From Bigelowiella natans CCMP2755 (lineage: Eukaryota; Protista; Cercozoa), in assembly GCA_000320545.1 (NCBI GenBank), contig ADNK01000765.1, positions 1 to 64,000 on the forward strand: 64,000 bases of DNA. Direction: 5' to 3'. Below are positions 40,242 through 52,206 of the stretch, one piece after another. The position numbers and the translations under genes were made by a program. The notes under the pieces were generated by a model that was not told the DNA's origin, did no database searches, and saw nothing but the letters and a program-made list of their open reading frames with translations. The stretch's first letter is position 1; the number at the start of each line of letters is the position of its first letter.

Positions 40242-41712
40242 ATGCCCAGAAATAATCCATTTCGGGGACATAGAGAGCCCGGATCATTGCACAGAATGAC
40301 TGATAAGTTACTGTCGAAGACTAAAAAGCTCGTGAAGTACTTGAGCAGTGCCGTTCAAGATACTGAATGCGATGAGGAGGTGCATATTCCTGCACGGTAG
40401 TGGTAGTGATAATGACATTTCATCAATTTTCTATTCCTATAGGCTAGCTTGTCTATTTACATTCACCTGCAGAAAGCGGCCAGTGTGTTGATGAACCAGG
40501 TACTGGTAGCATCAGATACCCAAATATCTATTACCCTTGTAACATTCTCTTGCGCATCGAATAATCAGCAAATAAAGCATGAGACGAAATCCAAGGAGGA
40601 AGACAACAAGAGGATGTCAAATTTTTCCAGTGGGCTCATCGCACCTCCTCAGGTCTTCAAAAATTCATCCACTTGCAGCAGACTATTTTGCATCCCTTAT
40701 AAATATGTTCCTTACTAAAGGTGTGGTTTCGTATCACGTATTCGTCGACAATGGTAGTTCCTGAAAACTCAAATGTAGGTAATAGGAGAAGTGGTCTCTC
40801 TTGGCCAGTCATTTGAAGCAGTATTTTGTAATTCGCTGAGGACTAGAATGAATTCACATTTTTTTTTATTTTGTTTAGTCGAACAAATCATTCCGATCAT
40901 CAATTTTGCGGTCGTCCAGAATCAGAAAATGAGAATAGGTGACTTCTCTTATATTTGTTAGTAGTGGACATAATTAAACCTTGAATTGTGTCGTACCAGG
41001 AGGGATGCTATTCTGTGACGTAGTTGATGGAAGGGTCATTCAGGTAACCAAGTGATCTTGCGCATTACTCTTCGTAGTATTTAAATCCCCCAGCAGTGGC
41101 ATTCCTCATCCATGGCGATCCATGATGAAACAGGTGCTGGAGGGAGAGAGGGCGACAGTTCAAGCATTGTACACCAAAATTGATAAGGACAAAAGACACA
41201 CGAATGTGCAAGTGCTAAAAGAAGAGACGGTTCGCGAACGGTAACATGCTTTTAAGAACCTCTATATAATCACCCAATAACAAAATCACGTGATTGCTTT
41301 TCACAGGAAATATCAATCGTGGGGGATGCAATTCGCTCAGTCGGAGGAGGATTGGGAAACTGTCGTCAAAATTATTCGCCAAGAGAGGCAGAAAGGTTAA
41401 TTTTACTAACATTTTTGTGGGAGGTGTGGCTCAAAGAAATGATACATCCGTCAGGACTAGCACGCGATAAGGCCGTTACCGACCTTGGTACGTTGTCTGA
41501 TGATGACGAGCCCGTATCTGCAGTTCAGACCCTTGGGTCACTGTCTGGGTGTTCGGAGGAGAAGCAGAAGGTCTTGTCTTAAAGCGTTTCTATCCTTGTA
41601 GCAAATTAATTCACTATCCTACCGGCGCCTGCACATCACTGCTCGTAATGCTGCAGAGAAGTGGTTATGCAAATGGGAGTCGTTGTATATTTGTCAATAA
41701 TAATAAAGTCTA
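40242..41712 (+). CDS. BLUF-domain (blue light sensing using FAD) protein, multi-exon with short introns
   Basis: Spliced core about 40720-41395: FRITYSS..IINFAVVQNQKMRIGGMLFCD..RVIQ|VLEGERATVQALYTKIDKDKRHTNVQVLKEETVRER|KYQSWGM. BLUF Tyr, Asn, Gln, RH and WxM positions are present. Termini are approximate. Confidence 0.85.
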
Positions 41713-42062
41713 GAGAAATGATATCTAAATTGGTCACTCTTGAGCTGCTATTCAAGAGAGGGACCAAACTCAGCTATATCGCCGGCCGAAATATTGCCGA
41801 GTCACCACAAATAAACGCTATGCATGCATTCAAATACACACATGTCTTAGTTGTGGTGTGGAGGTGCGCGATAGACAGCGGCGGCACACATGCACACAAT
41901 GTATCAGCTGTCGTTGTTAGTAGCTGCGCATCGTGTAGGTGCTAACGTAGTGTAGCGCAAGCCCTTCAGCTATAGATGTGCAGACATGCATTGTCTAGAT
42001 TGTGTCTATTAATTAACTAGCTACATTTAGAACAGAACATTAAAGCACTGTGCTGATTAGTA

Positions 42063-42966
42063 CTACGAAATGTGAAAGTCTACATTCGTTGCGTTAATTG
42101 CGGTTTTCCACAACCATTCACTTACAGCAAGATCATCAGCTAGTCTCGAAAATCGTCTTGATTTTTCGTCAATAAATAGTGATCCTAACATTTTTTAAAT
42201 ACGAACACTGATATGTTGAAGTGTAACATTTTCAAACCCGAACATGAAGATATTATGCACGGGACCTGGGGGAGCCTCTTCGTTTGTGCACGCGCTGAGG
42301 ATCGACAAAGCACCTTGTTCGCAAGTTTTAAAGATTCTCGGATATATCTCACGAGCCTAAAATTTGTGCATACACTTGACATCACACATCGCACAATGCA
42401 CGAAGAGCGTTGACACGCACAGTCTAGATGATACCTGCCATTTGCTCTTTTCAGGAGAATATCTCCAGATGTCTGAAGCAACTGCACCGGGATTGACGCT
42501 ATGAGAGATTATCTTGTCGGAAACGTCCAAAGCCTCCAGTCTAATACGGACCATGGAACTCAGCGTGAGGTGTCCCATCCTCATCAAAACCACGCCAAAA
42601 AAATAAACTTCAAGCTTCGTTTCACAGACATCCTACTTCATTGAACTACCTCTTATTTAGTGAACGAGTCAGCACGTGCATGAAGAGTTTCGACCGCTTA
42701 TATTCGCCTCCTATAGTTAATGAGCATGTACAGTACTTTCTCACTATCACCACCACAACCACCACCATCATTATTATTATCATAATCAATCACTTTTCTT
42801 ATCAGCAGTGCGTGCGCTAATACCATCCAATTCCCGATCAGTTTTGCGCCATACTGTGGAGTCCAGTTCATTTAATTTATAACCTGTGTGGCAGCAGAGA
42901 AGCTCTGATCTTCCAGACGAGTATGAATATGAGTGTGAACACTACACATTATAAAATGATACATAC

Positions 42967-43001
<35 letters not shown>

Positions 43002-43506
43002 TTCATATAGCCATTATTTCAGATGAACGCGTGACTGACTTGCTAGCCAATGGACCCCAGAGGAAAGGTTAATCACACGTGATATCTCACCTAAGACGAA
43101 ACCATAGCAGTATTATCGTCTAAACCATCATCATGATCACCATCATGGCGAGCACGAATATTCGTGCGATCCGTATACTTGAAGATAATCAAGCGCGCGC
43201 ACCCGCAAGCCAAACAACCTGTCTCAACTGCTCCGGCAAGGAGGGCAGGCAGCAGCAACATAGTCAGCTTAAAATGGCCCAGGAAGTTCACGCCGAAATT
43301 GAGCTCGATCCCATCCTTTCATGAGTTATTCGTAGCGAGTGCGTTACGGGCTATCTGCTATTCTTCACGTTCCTCTCCGTCCACAATCATGATCCTGTAC
43401 TGTGTATGTGTGTGATTGAGTACCTTGGTTATTCCGCCAGCTCCACCTCCTCCGTACCTGAGAAAGTGGAGGAGAGGAAGATGAACCACTCTTCCTCCCC
43501 TGGCGA

Positions 43507-43552
<46 letters not shown>

Positions 43553-44782
43553 ATATTTCTCGGAGATGCATGTGGGAGCACATCGGTACGTACCCAGCAT
43601 TATTGATGAGGATTGAAATGTTTGGGGCTTTCTTGTGCAATTCCTGAAGCATTGTACAACACAACAAGCAACAACCCATGTAATGACGACGACATCAAAA
43701 TTATGATAGAAACAACAAAATTGGCGCCTACGGAGACAAAGCCGTCGACAGACGAGAGGGAGGCAAGATCCAATTCCACGGCGTCGACTAGAGCGCCTTC
43801 ACCCACCTACGATTAACACCGGGCCAGTCTTTACTCTATACTATTCGGAGGCGAAACAACTACGAAGCAGGGACGGCAAGCGTACTTCGTTTTTGATGTA
43901 TGAGACGGCATCTTTGGCCTTTTTGGCGTCGCGACATGCTAGAACTACTCGGGCTCCCCTGAAAATTAGAAGCGCCGTGAAGAACATGTGAAAAAGCACG
44001 CAAGAGACTCTACCTCGCTGCCAATCCCAGAGCAGCTTCTCTTCCAATTCCAGTGTTTGCCCCGGTGATAACACACGTCTTGCCCTAACGCAAAGACGCA
44101 CGGGGGTTACGAAAAGAAGCTTAGGGTTTTTCATTAGAGGAAAGTGCTTAACGAATAGCCTACCTTGAAAGATTGATTCGCCTCTGCCTTCTGACCATCT
44201 GGCGTGTTGAGCAGGCGTTTGCGGTGGCGCCGCCTCAGCAATCGGTTGCGCGCCAGAGACCTGCCATAGCGGATTCGTTAAATAGCGATAACGATATGTC
44301 CGTGCAGTTTAATTAAAAAACACACGTCATCACCATGTCACATCGTAAAGGACGTGAAGAGCACCGAACCGCTCCTTTGCACTTGCATCCATTTCTGTCC
44401 TTACGCTCCTCAAGAGCGGGAGACGCCTATTTAGTATTCTTGGTCCTTTTATTATTACCCCCCTACTTCCTTGTAGGGTATTGCTGGTGCGGCGATTCCC
44501 CGACAGTCCAGAGAGGCCGCAGTAATAGCTGACTATACATAGAAATACCAGACCCATCCGCATTGCTGCAAACATGTTCCTTTGACCCCGTTTCCTTGTC
44601 CGTGCCCTGGACAGCATCTTCGGCGAGGATGATGCTTCTGAACCTCGAGGCATTCCGGCCCTCTCCCGTGCAAGTTTGAAATCCTCTACGACGTCATCAG
44701 CCTTGACCTCCCTTCTTTTTGTTCCGTCGTAGCAGGCGAATGTCACAGCCGACACTATGGCGGTGGTTATGACGATCACCAT
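42063..44782 (-). CDS. Short-chain dehydrogenase/reductase (retinol-DH/WWOX-like) with long N-terminal presequence
   Basis: ITGANTGIGREAALGLA|GARVVLACRD, ELDLASLSSV, FGVNFLGHFKLT, RVINLSS, AYKRSK, SVNPGAVASDI, EWLW. Confidence 0.85.
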
Positions 44783-45095
44783 CGCCGTCGTGGATGCTGT
44801 GGGGTGGGAGGGGACCGCCGAGTGGGTGAGTGGGGTGTGCGGGCAGCTGGAAATGACGCTGGGACTGACAAAATATCAGGAGAGCTCAGAGCTGCGTCTG
44901 GGTGTCGGTCTCTCGGTTCGTCGGTCGGTCTATCGTTTCGGTCGGGAAATTAGGATATTTTCGGGTTTATTATTTCCTCGAGTTATTCTGGCAACTTACG
45001 ATCACGCCCTTGGATATTCTGTGGTTTTTCTACAATAAACTTACATTTTACGATAAATAGATTATGTTTTATTTCCTGTTTTCGTCATTGCTATT

Positions 45096-45137
<42 letters not shown>

Positions 45138-45452
45138 GGGTGGTGTTGTTGTAGCAGTGGTCGGTGTTGTTCGAAAGTCTCTGCTGGCATTGCAGAGTGG
45201 TCGGGTACCCCCCATGGTTGGTGCACTCAGCTATCCCTAATCCCTAATTCGACCAAGCCGAGCGAATTGCAAATATTTACAGAAATGTCCTTGATTATAC
45301 CTCTGCGACATGTCCGAATTACTATCTATGACAAAATCCTACGTTGTCCGGCATCTCTCATCTCGCAAACCTCGGAGTGGAAGGAGTACCATCCCGAGGT
45401 GTGGCCTTCATCACGCTCCTCCTCCCCAAGAGGCTCGGCTTCCATAGCGACT

Positions 45453-48313
45453 ATGACTGCCATGATGACAGCTATACTATTGGCTGTCGTCTTCATTCTA
45501 GTGGCCAGTTTTGCTCCGCAGACGGCCCGTCATCCAGGAGTAGTAGCACCACAACAGATGAAACTCTCGCTTACAAGAGCTGCCCGCCTCCTTTCGCCAG
45601 GGTCTACATTTAACCCAAAAGCCTCTTTAAGGGGCGAACAAGCGCGACTGGTATCTTCAAGGCTTACGACGCAGCCCCTTATGATGGAAGTGATGCAGCC
45701 GAGGCACATAGGGGTATCCCCGAAGAGGCGAGCCGCCAGAAAGAAGAATGGAAAGTTTTCTGTCGGAAGCATTTTTAGAATGGTTTGTGCTCATTAAATC
45801 CCATTATAAGATTTCGATATTTATAGCCCGTATACCAATAGTGATGAGTTATACTGCGTTCATTGTGTAAGTGTTGAAGAACAACGTTGTGCAAATATCA
45901 GAACACATGCAAACACACACATACACCCAACAATCTATATCAATTTTATGCATACGTGTATGTGCATGCAGTTGCATATACAAATATGGCACAGTACACG
46001 GGAAGATCGTGAGATAGATAGGGAGAGAGAGAAACATTGTCTTGCATACGACAGATGAAAACCTCAAGGGAAAAAGCAGACGATGAAGTCGTCAGAAGTA
46101 TCCAGAAGTGGCTGAAGATGCGCCAAGATCCATTACTTATGCCTACTGCACTATCTAGCATGGAAGGTACGGTTCCCCAATTCTGGGAATTAGGGCAACA
46201 CACATGTCTGCACCATGAATATCGTTATTCTCCAAAACTTATCGCTTACCAACCTCCTACATCGTATTCGGTTTACCACGTCGGCAGATGCGAATGAAGA
46301 TCGTCGCCTGGTCATAATCGTTAATCCTACAAGCGGCGGGAAAACCGGGCTCAAAGTCCTACACGATATAGTTCTGCCTGTTCTTAATGCCGGTGGAATC
46401 CACAAGATCACGGTCGGAAGAGCATGTTTTTGTGGTGTTTGCGTGTGTGTTTATACTTGTATGGTGTGTACTAGCCGGTGGTGTCCGTGTATCGATCCTT
46501 TCGAACCATCAGGTGCCAGCAGCTGAGTGTAAGTGGTGTTGTGTCGCGTGATTGCGCAAATGCAGGTGGTTGAAACACTATCCCGGTTTAGCGTTCCGCA
46601 GCAGGTCGCAGACTTGAATCTAGACGAAATCGATGACATTATAGTGATCGGTGGTGACGGGACGCTCTGTGGAGTCGTATTGGGACTCAGTAAGCACCAA
46701 GGTTAGGCCTTTCCACGAGTGTCGATGATGAGAGGAAAGGCGATAATGGTGATAATGCCACCTTGATATGCACGTATTTGCTCAAACGCATCTGATGTAT
46801 ATGTTAGCGGAAAAAGCTCTGTCAGTACCCGTTGGTCTTATTCCTTGTGGCTCCCACAACCACATGTTCAAAGTCATGTCAGGATTCAAGAACGTCCACG
46901 GCAGGTAATAGCATTGATACGCGCAGCAACAGCAGTTATATTGTAAATGTTGGACTTATCCCATCAGCATTATTCTCCAAATTTCGCGAGTTTGGTGATT
47001 AAACTACTACAGCTGCCACCGCACCATCTTCCCAACACCGCCCTCTTCTTCTTTGATCCCTTCCTTCATATTCAACAACTTGCCGCCGTTTATCCATTCT
47101 TCCAGAGTTAGGCAGAGGGACGTGCTACTTTCCCTTTACCGTGTATGCAGACATGAAACGACGAACCTGACGATACCACTGGTGCAAGCAGATGGCCGTG
47201 ATGAGGTCGTCGGAGAGTAACAGTGGTTATGTGAAAGTAGTTGTTGGTGCAAGTCATCATAGACCTTACGACGACCACTACGACGCGCAGAGAGTAGCGC
47301 TTCTATCGTTTTTGTATGTGCTGCAGCAGTTAGATATGACAACGCCATGGTGTGTCTTCCTCACATCGTATCTCTCATCAGAGCCCATTCATGTGTGGGC
47401 TGTCGTTCGCACTCCTGGCAGCGGCATTCAAAACATCCGAAAAGCTTCGATGGACGGGTCTCAGGAAGACACGCTACTACGCTTCCATTCTCTATCACAT
47501 CTTCAGGATGAGAAAGTAACGATAACGTCGGATATGCCGCAGTCTGGGCTCTGTCCGCCTCCCACCGCTCGAATCCGTTGATAATGGCGATTGATTTTAA
47601 ACTTCAGGTACAGCTATGATGTAAGATATCTACCTGCGACGTCAGAGGAGGTGCCCCCTAGTATGGCCCCAGACACCTTTTCCGAGGTAGGTATATAATA
47701 GCTAATATCAGTACAGCAGCTGCAGGTTAGACGTCGTAGTCGTCGTAGTAGTAGCAGTAGCAGCAGCAGCAGGTATTGTCTGAAATCTATTTTTGGGGAG
47801 AGAGAGAGAGAGAGAAAGAGAGATCAGCAGCCCTAAATACCAACATATCTTAAGCTCTACCACAGCCTTCGATAGCCGATATTCTTCTTCCCCCTCCTCC
47901 CCGCGTTCAGTCCTTGGCGCCATACTAAGAGTCGGGTGTTTGTATGTGTCTTATCGTCGTCGTCCTCTTTATCGCGTGCATGCATATTTATTCATGCACG
48001 CATTGCAGGAATGGGTTGCTGAGACCGGTCCCTACCAATGGCTGGGATTTAGCCCCCTCTCATTTGGAGTGCCTAGAGAAGGTAAGTCAATGTACGTGGG
48101 AGTAGCACAGATTGTTTTAATCGATTCATGAATAGACAGGTTAGTATGAGAGCTGGGTATGAGGCACTGCGATAAACAAGTACTCCTTCGTTTTTGTGCT
48201 TGCAGAGGCGTTGAACGATGGGTGGGGTTATCTGATGACGATAGAGAATGCGAGGTCTCCCTTCGGTATCATTAAAACTGTACTGAACCCCAGGTAAAAT
48301 GTCTCTCTCTCTT

Positions 48314-48391
<78 letters not shown>

Positions 48392-48795
48392 TGGGTGTGG
48401 GTGTGTAGAGCATGCGTTGTGACAACGCAAGCCATACAACTGAGATAGTTGGAGCATGCAGTTTCGTGCATCATTTGGTGATTATGTGTTACTCGTTTTC
48501 TCCCCCTGAATCTTCCTATCCCGACAACGGCATCATCTATAGCCTGAAGATGTGGGAGACTGAGAAAAATGCCCGGCTGGTGAATGTCAAAGCATTGTCT
48601 ATAAGGCCTCTGGGAGACGACAGAGTAACTGATGAATGCCGTTGGATGTACCTCCACGAATGTGATCCATTTATACATTTTCTTTTTTTTAACAATAATT
48701 ATAACAAGGAATGGAATATGGATGGAGAAAAGATGGACAATTTTGATCAAGTATATGTCAGATTTGCTCCCCAGCCTGCTAAGTACCTAGGTTAA
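45453..48795 (+). CDS. DAGK catalytic / sphingosine-kinase-like lipid kinase with signal+transit-like presequence
   Basis: IIVNPTSGGKTG, IVIGGDGTL, VGLIPCGSHN and C-terminal NMDGE. The hydrophobic N-terminus MTAMMTAILLAVVFILVASFA is followed by an R/S-rich stretch. Confidence 0.82.
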
Positions 48796-49459
48796 AACGT
48801 ACTCGCCGACATAGCAATAATCCTGCATATTTCGTGTGTAAAATCCTACAGCTAGCTCTGAAAACTATCTACTGAGCATTGAACCATTAATCCTCATGCG
48901 TTGCGTGTGTCTATATTGTATGTATAAGACGGATGTCATAGCAATGACATGATTTCATGTGCATGTGTGTGTGATGTGTGTGTGTGTGTGTGTATGATTG
49001 ACAAAATAAAAGCACACGATCTAGCGATGGATGCTCGCCCTCTAGCGCGAGCAGCACGTAGCGCCACAAGCTACCAAGTCAGGTTCATGTTCTCACGCGT
49101 AGCACGTCGCACATGGCGCATGAACAACAACGACTTGCCCTTTGCTAGTTTGCGCGCACAAATAAACTCATCTCAACGGACCTGGCACCACAATTTGAAC
49201 AATGTGTGGAGCCGCCCTAGCGCACTGTGAGTGCCATGTTGCATGTGCGCAAAGCACAGTGTTTTTCGGCGCAATTAGCTAGCTAGACAACGTTGGGGGC
49301 GATCAAGATCAGGCTAGCAGGGTTGGGTTTGCATGCTAGCTAGCTAACTGGCATGGGGTTGGGATCAGGATCAGCTAGGCCAGCAAACTAGCGTGACTGT
49401 GTGCACAAACACCATGGTTAGCCATGTTCAACATGTCACGTGGATGGGGTACCCGAGAT

Positions 49460-51422
49460 GGCTCACGCAAGGCGGCCATTTTTTGTCTCATCCCCAAGGC
49501 CAACAAAGAACTTGACACCCCTCTCAACGGGAGAACAATTTCTCTCCTGCAAGTGGCTTCAAAAATGGAAGACAAACTGACAGAGCAACGTCTCCGCGAA
49601 GCTGTGCCCCCCAAAAACATTGGCAAACATCAGTGCGCATTCATGAAAAATCGATCCTGTGAAACTGCACTCACAAAGATGACGCAGTCAATCGAGGATG
49701 GAGTGTGCAATGAAAAGCTTGCAGCCATCACATTGTTTGCAGATGCCTCCAAAGCTCATCCAAAAGCCTGGCATTCCGGCATGATGCGCAAGTCACATGA
49801 CAAATGCGGAATGCGAGGCTCGCTGTTGCTGTGGATCGACGACTGGCTCAGAGATCGCACCGCAAGATTCAGATTTGGCAATGCTCTCTCTGAGCACATG
49901 AACCTTGGGAGCGGCGTCCCCGAAGGATCATCTCTCAGCTGTTTCCTTTTCATGACCTGTTGCGATGTTCACGAACAAATTGCCAACACAGATTTCCAAA
50001 CGTGCTGTGACGACGTCACCCCCTGCAAATCATTTTCGCCAAACCGATGGGGGAAAATGCAAGATGATGTCCAGGCCGACCTGAACCAAACGACGGACTG
50101 GTGCATGAAATGGCGGATGCGATTCAATGGGGACAAGAGCGGGCACCTCATGATTGACAAAAGAAATGAAGCCCACCGACACCAAACCTCCTGGAACATC
50201 TCTCTCAATCTCCAAGGCAAAACAAAAAGAGTCGACAGCGGCAGATGTCTCGGTCAGCGGACCAATCTTCGACAACAAATTGACCTTTGAAAAACATGCT
50301 CTTGCTTCTCACCTGAGATTGCAAAAGAAGCGAAGGTTTTTGTCAAGGTTGTGTTGTTCCAGACACCTTGCACCGCCAAATGTCAGACTGAAATTTTGCA
50401 AATCATGGTTCCTTGCATCCAGCAGATGCGCAGCTCCAACATGGAGATCACGAAGAAACATGCGAATGAAACAGATGGATTCCATGGAATCCCAAACCCT
50501 GAAACGTGCATTGGGATTGCCTGGATCCATCTCCAACGACGTCCCCCACGTCCTCACTGGCACGTTGCCACCCCGATGTCAAACCAAAGTGCAGTGTGCT
50601 AAATCATGGTTGCGCACTCATGCATGGATCGACACAGGCAGCGGTCCTCAAATCCATGAGGGAATGAATGATTGGAGCAGTCATGGCTTCATCATTGAAA
50701 ATCGAAAAATGCCAGATGGCACATCGTGGATTGATGTGTCCACAAATGCGTGGAACAAAGCATCCTTGTTTCGTCGGCTCAAATCGATCACTGACGATTT
50801 GTTAGATGACGAATTGCCCACCGTTTTGGCGACAACAGAGGCGCTGAAAAAAGAACTGAAAAAACATCACAAGGTGGTGAAATCCTGTGCTTTCAACGAA
50901 TTCGAAGAGGAATGGTCCAATGATTCATCACGCGCTGTGCATCTCAAGAATCTTGGATTCCTCCCGTCATCTTCGATCACCGGCATCAAACCAAAACTTT
51001 CAAGTGTTGCTACATCATGGATGCGCGCCATCTGTGGTGTCGGCAATCTTGGAAAATTCATGTTCTCACGTGGACAATGCACAGAGAAAGATGCCACGTG
51101 CGATGCATGTGGCATCCTGAAGGACATGGATCATCTCCTGCAATGTCCAACACACAGTCGAGAACAAATCAGATTGCGCAATCAAATGCGCGCGATCATG
51201 AATCGCAACGACGACACGAACCGGCTGACAAAGGCTGAAAAGGACTCCAGAACTGCTGCGCGCAGTGCGCGGCAACATCGGTCGCATGAGGACGCTTTCA
51301 AATGCATGAAGCACGTGGTGGCAGAAACCAACAGATGTGACATTAGCGCTGTAGCCGCTGCATTGCACAGCTACATCAGGATGACCATTGAAAAAATTTA
51401 ATTCTTCATTGCATCCGTCTCA
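49460..51422 (+). mobile_element. Non-LTR retrotransposon (LINE) ORF2 remnant: RT domain to CCHC knuckle, 5'-truncated, frameshifted at about 50260, TpA-hypermutated (copy C)
   Basis: LIPK..RTISLL..QCAFMKNRSC..DASKAHPKAWH..GVPEGSSLSCFLF..CCDD..W..KWRMRFNGDK..CLG/IFDNKLTF..CDACG..DHLLQC. Confidence 0.93.
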
Positions 51423-52206
51423 CAAACACAGTTGCATTTGTGCGCATGTGATGTCATGTCCATTGTCATGCAGGGTTGGGCTTGTAGGCAGGGTCGATCG
51501 GGTCAAAGGGAAATTGCGACAGAGACTCATTGCATGCTAGCATGTGTCATGACGCAGCGTGACTGTCTAGCTGTGCTGTGCGCGCAATGGCACGACAGCA
51601 GTGCGATTCCATGCGCCTGTGGTGCAACGTGCTTGTTACAGCTCACACGCACATGTGTAATAAGTGATCTGGACGCGACTTGTGACGGCTTATAGTTATG
51701 ACGAACCTTGATGCATGAGCCTATAGATTGATGTGTTAGAAATATACATAGGGATGTGCACATTAGCTTGCGCAACTATGTTCATGTGCTCATCATCTCA
51801 CTGTGTTTCCTATGCGTGCCTCTACCACATTGTAATGTTGTCGCAGCAGTGGTCCTATCTACATCCGATGCGGCCGCACACCGCAACCTGCGACTAACAT
51901 TCAATACAAGCGTGCAGATCCGAGCCATAGGTCGAGAGCTGCATTGTTCGGGTGATTATACATGCTACAGCTTCCTCTTCTTCTTCTTTTATTGTTGCTG
52001 TTAGTAGCTCATACTTGCTATTTCTGTTCGTATGGTTTCATGATAGTATTTCTAGTCTGCTTTCGACGGCGATACAGCATTTCCGCGAAAAATAATAATG
52101 CGGGGCTACCTCCCTCTCACAGTGACACACATCATACTATCCTATATCCTTCAGAACTGCTAGAATTTAGCGGGAAGTTTACTCATATCCCATGAGGGCT
52201 CACTCA

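Noticed and set aside
49460-51422. Alternative genetic code or a natural CCDD reverse transcriptase variant
   Set aside because: Host genes use standard Tyr and stop codons. TpA is missing in all codon positions and the element is frameshifted.
49460-51422. CpG methylation decay or classical RIP as the source of the TG/CA excess
   Set aside because: CpG remains common in the element. RIP creates TpA rather than removing it.
49375-51775. Many overlapping Cys/His-rich ORFs on both strands
   Set aside because: A by-product of TpA loss, which removes TAA/TAG stops and Tyr codons. They are not separate genes.
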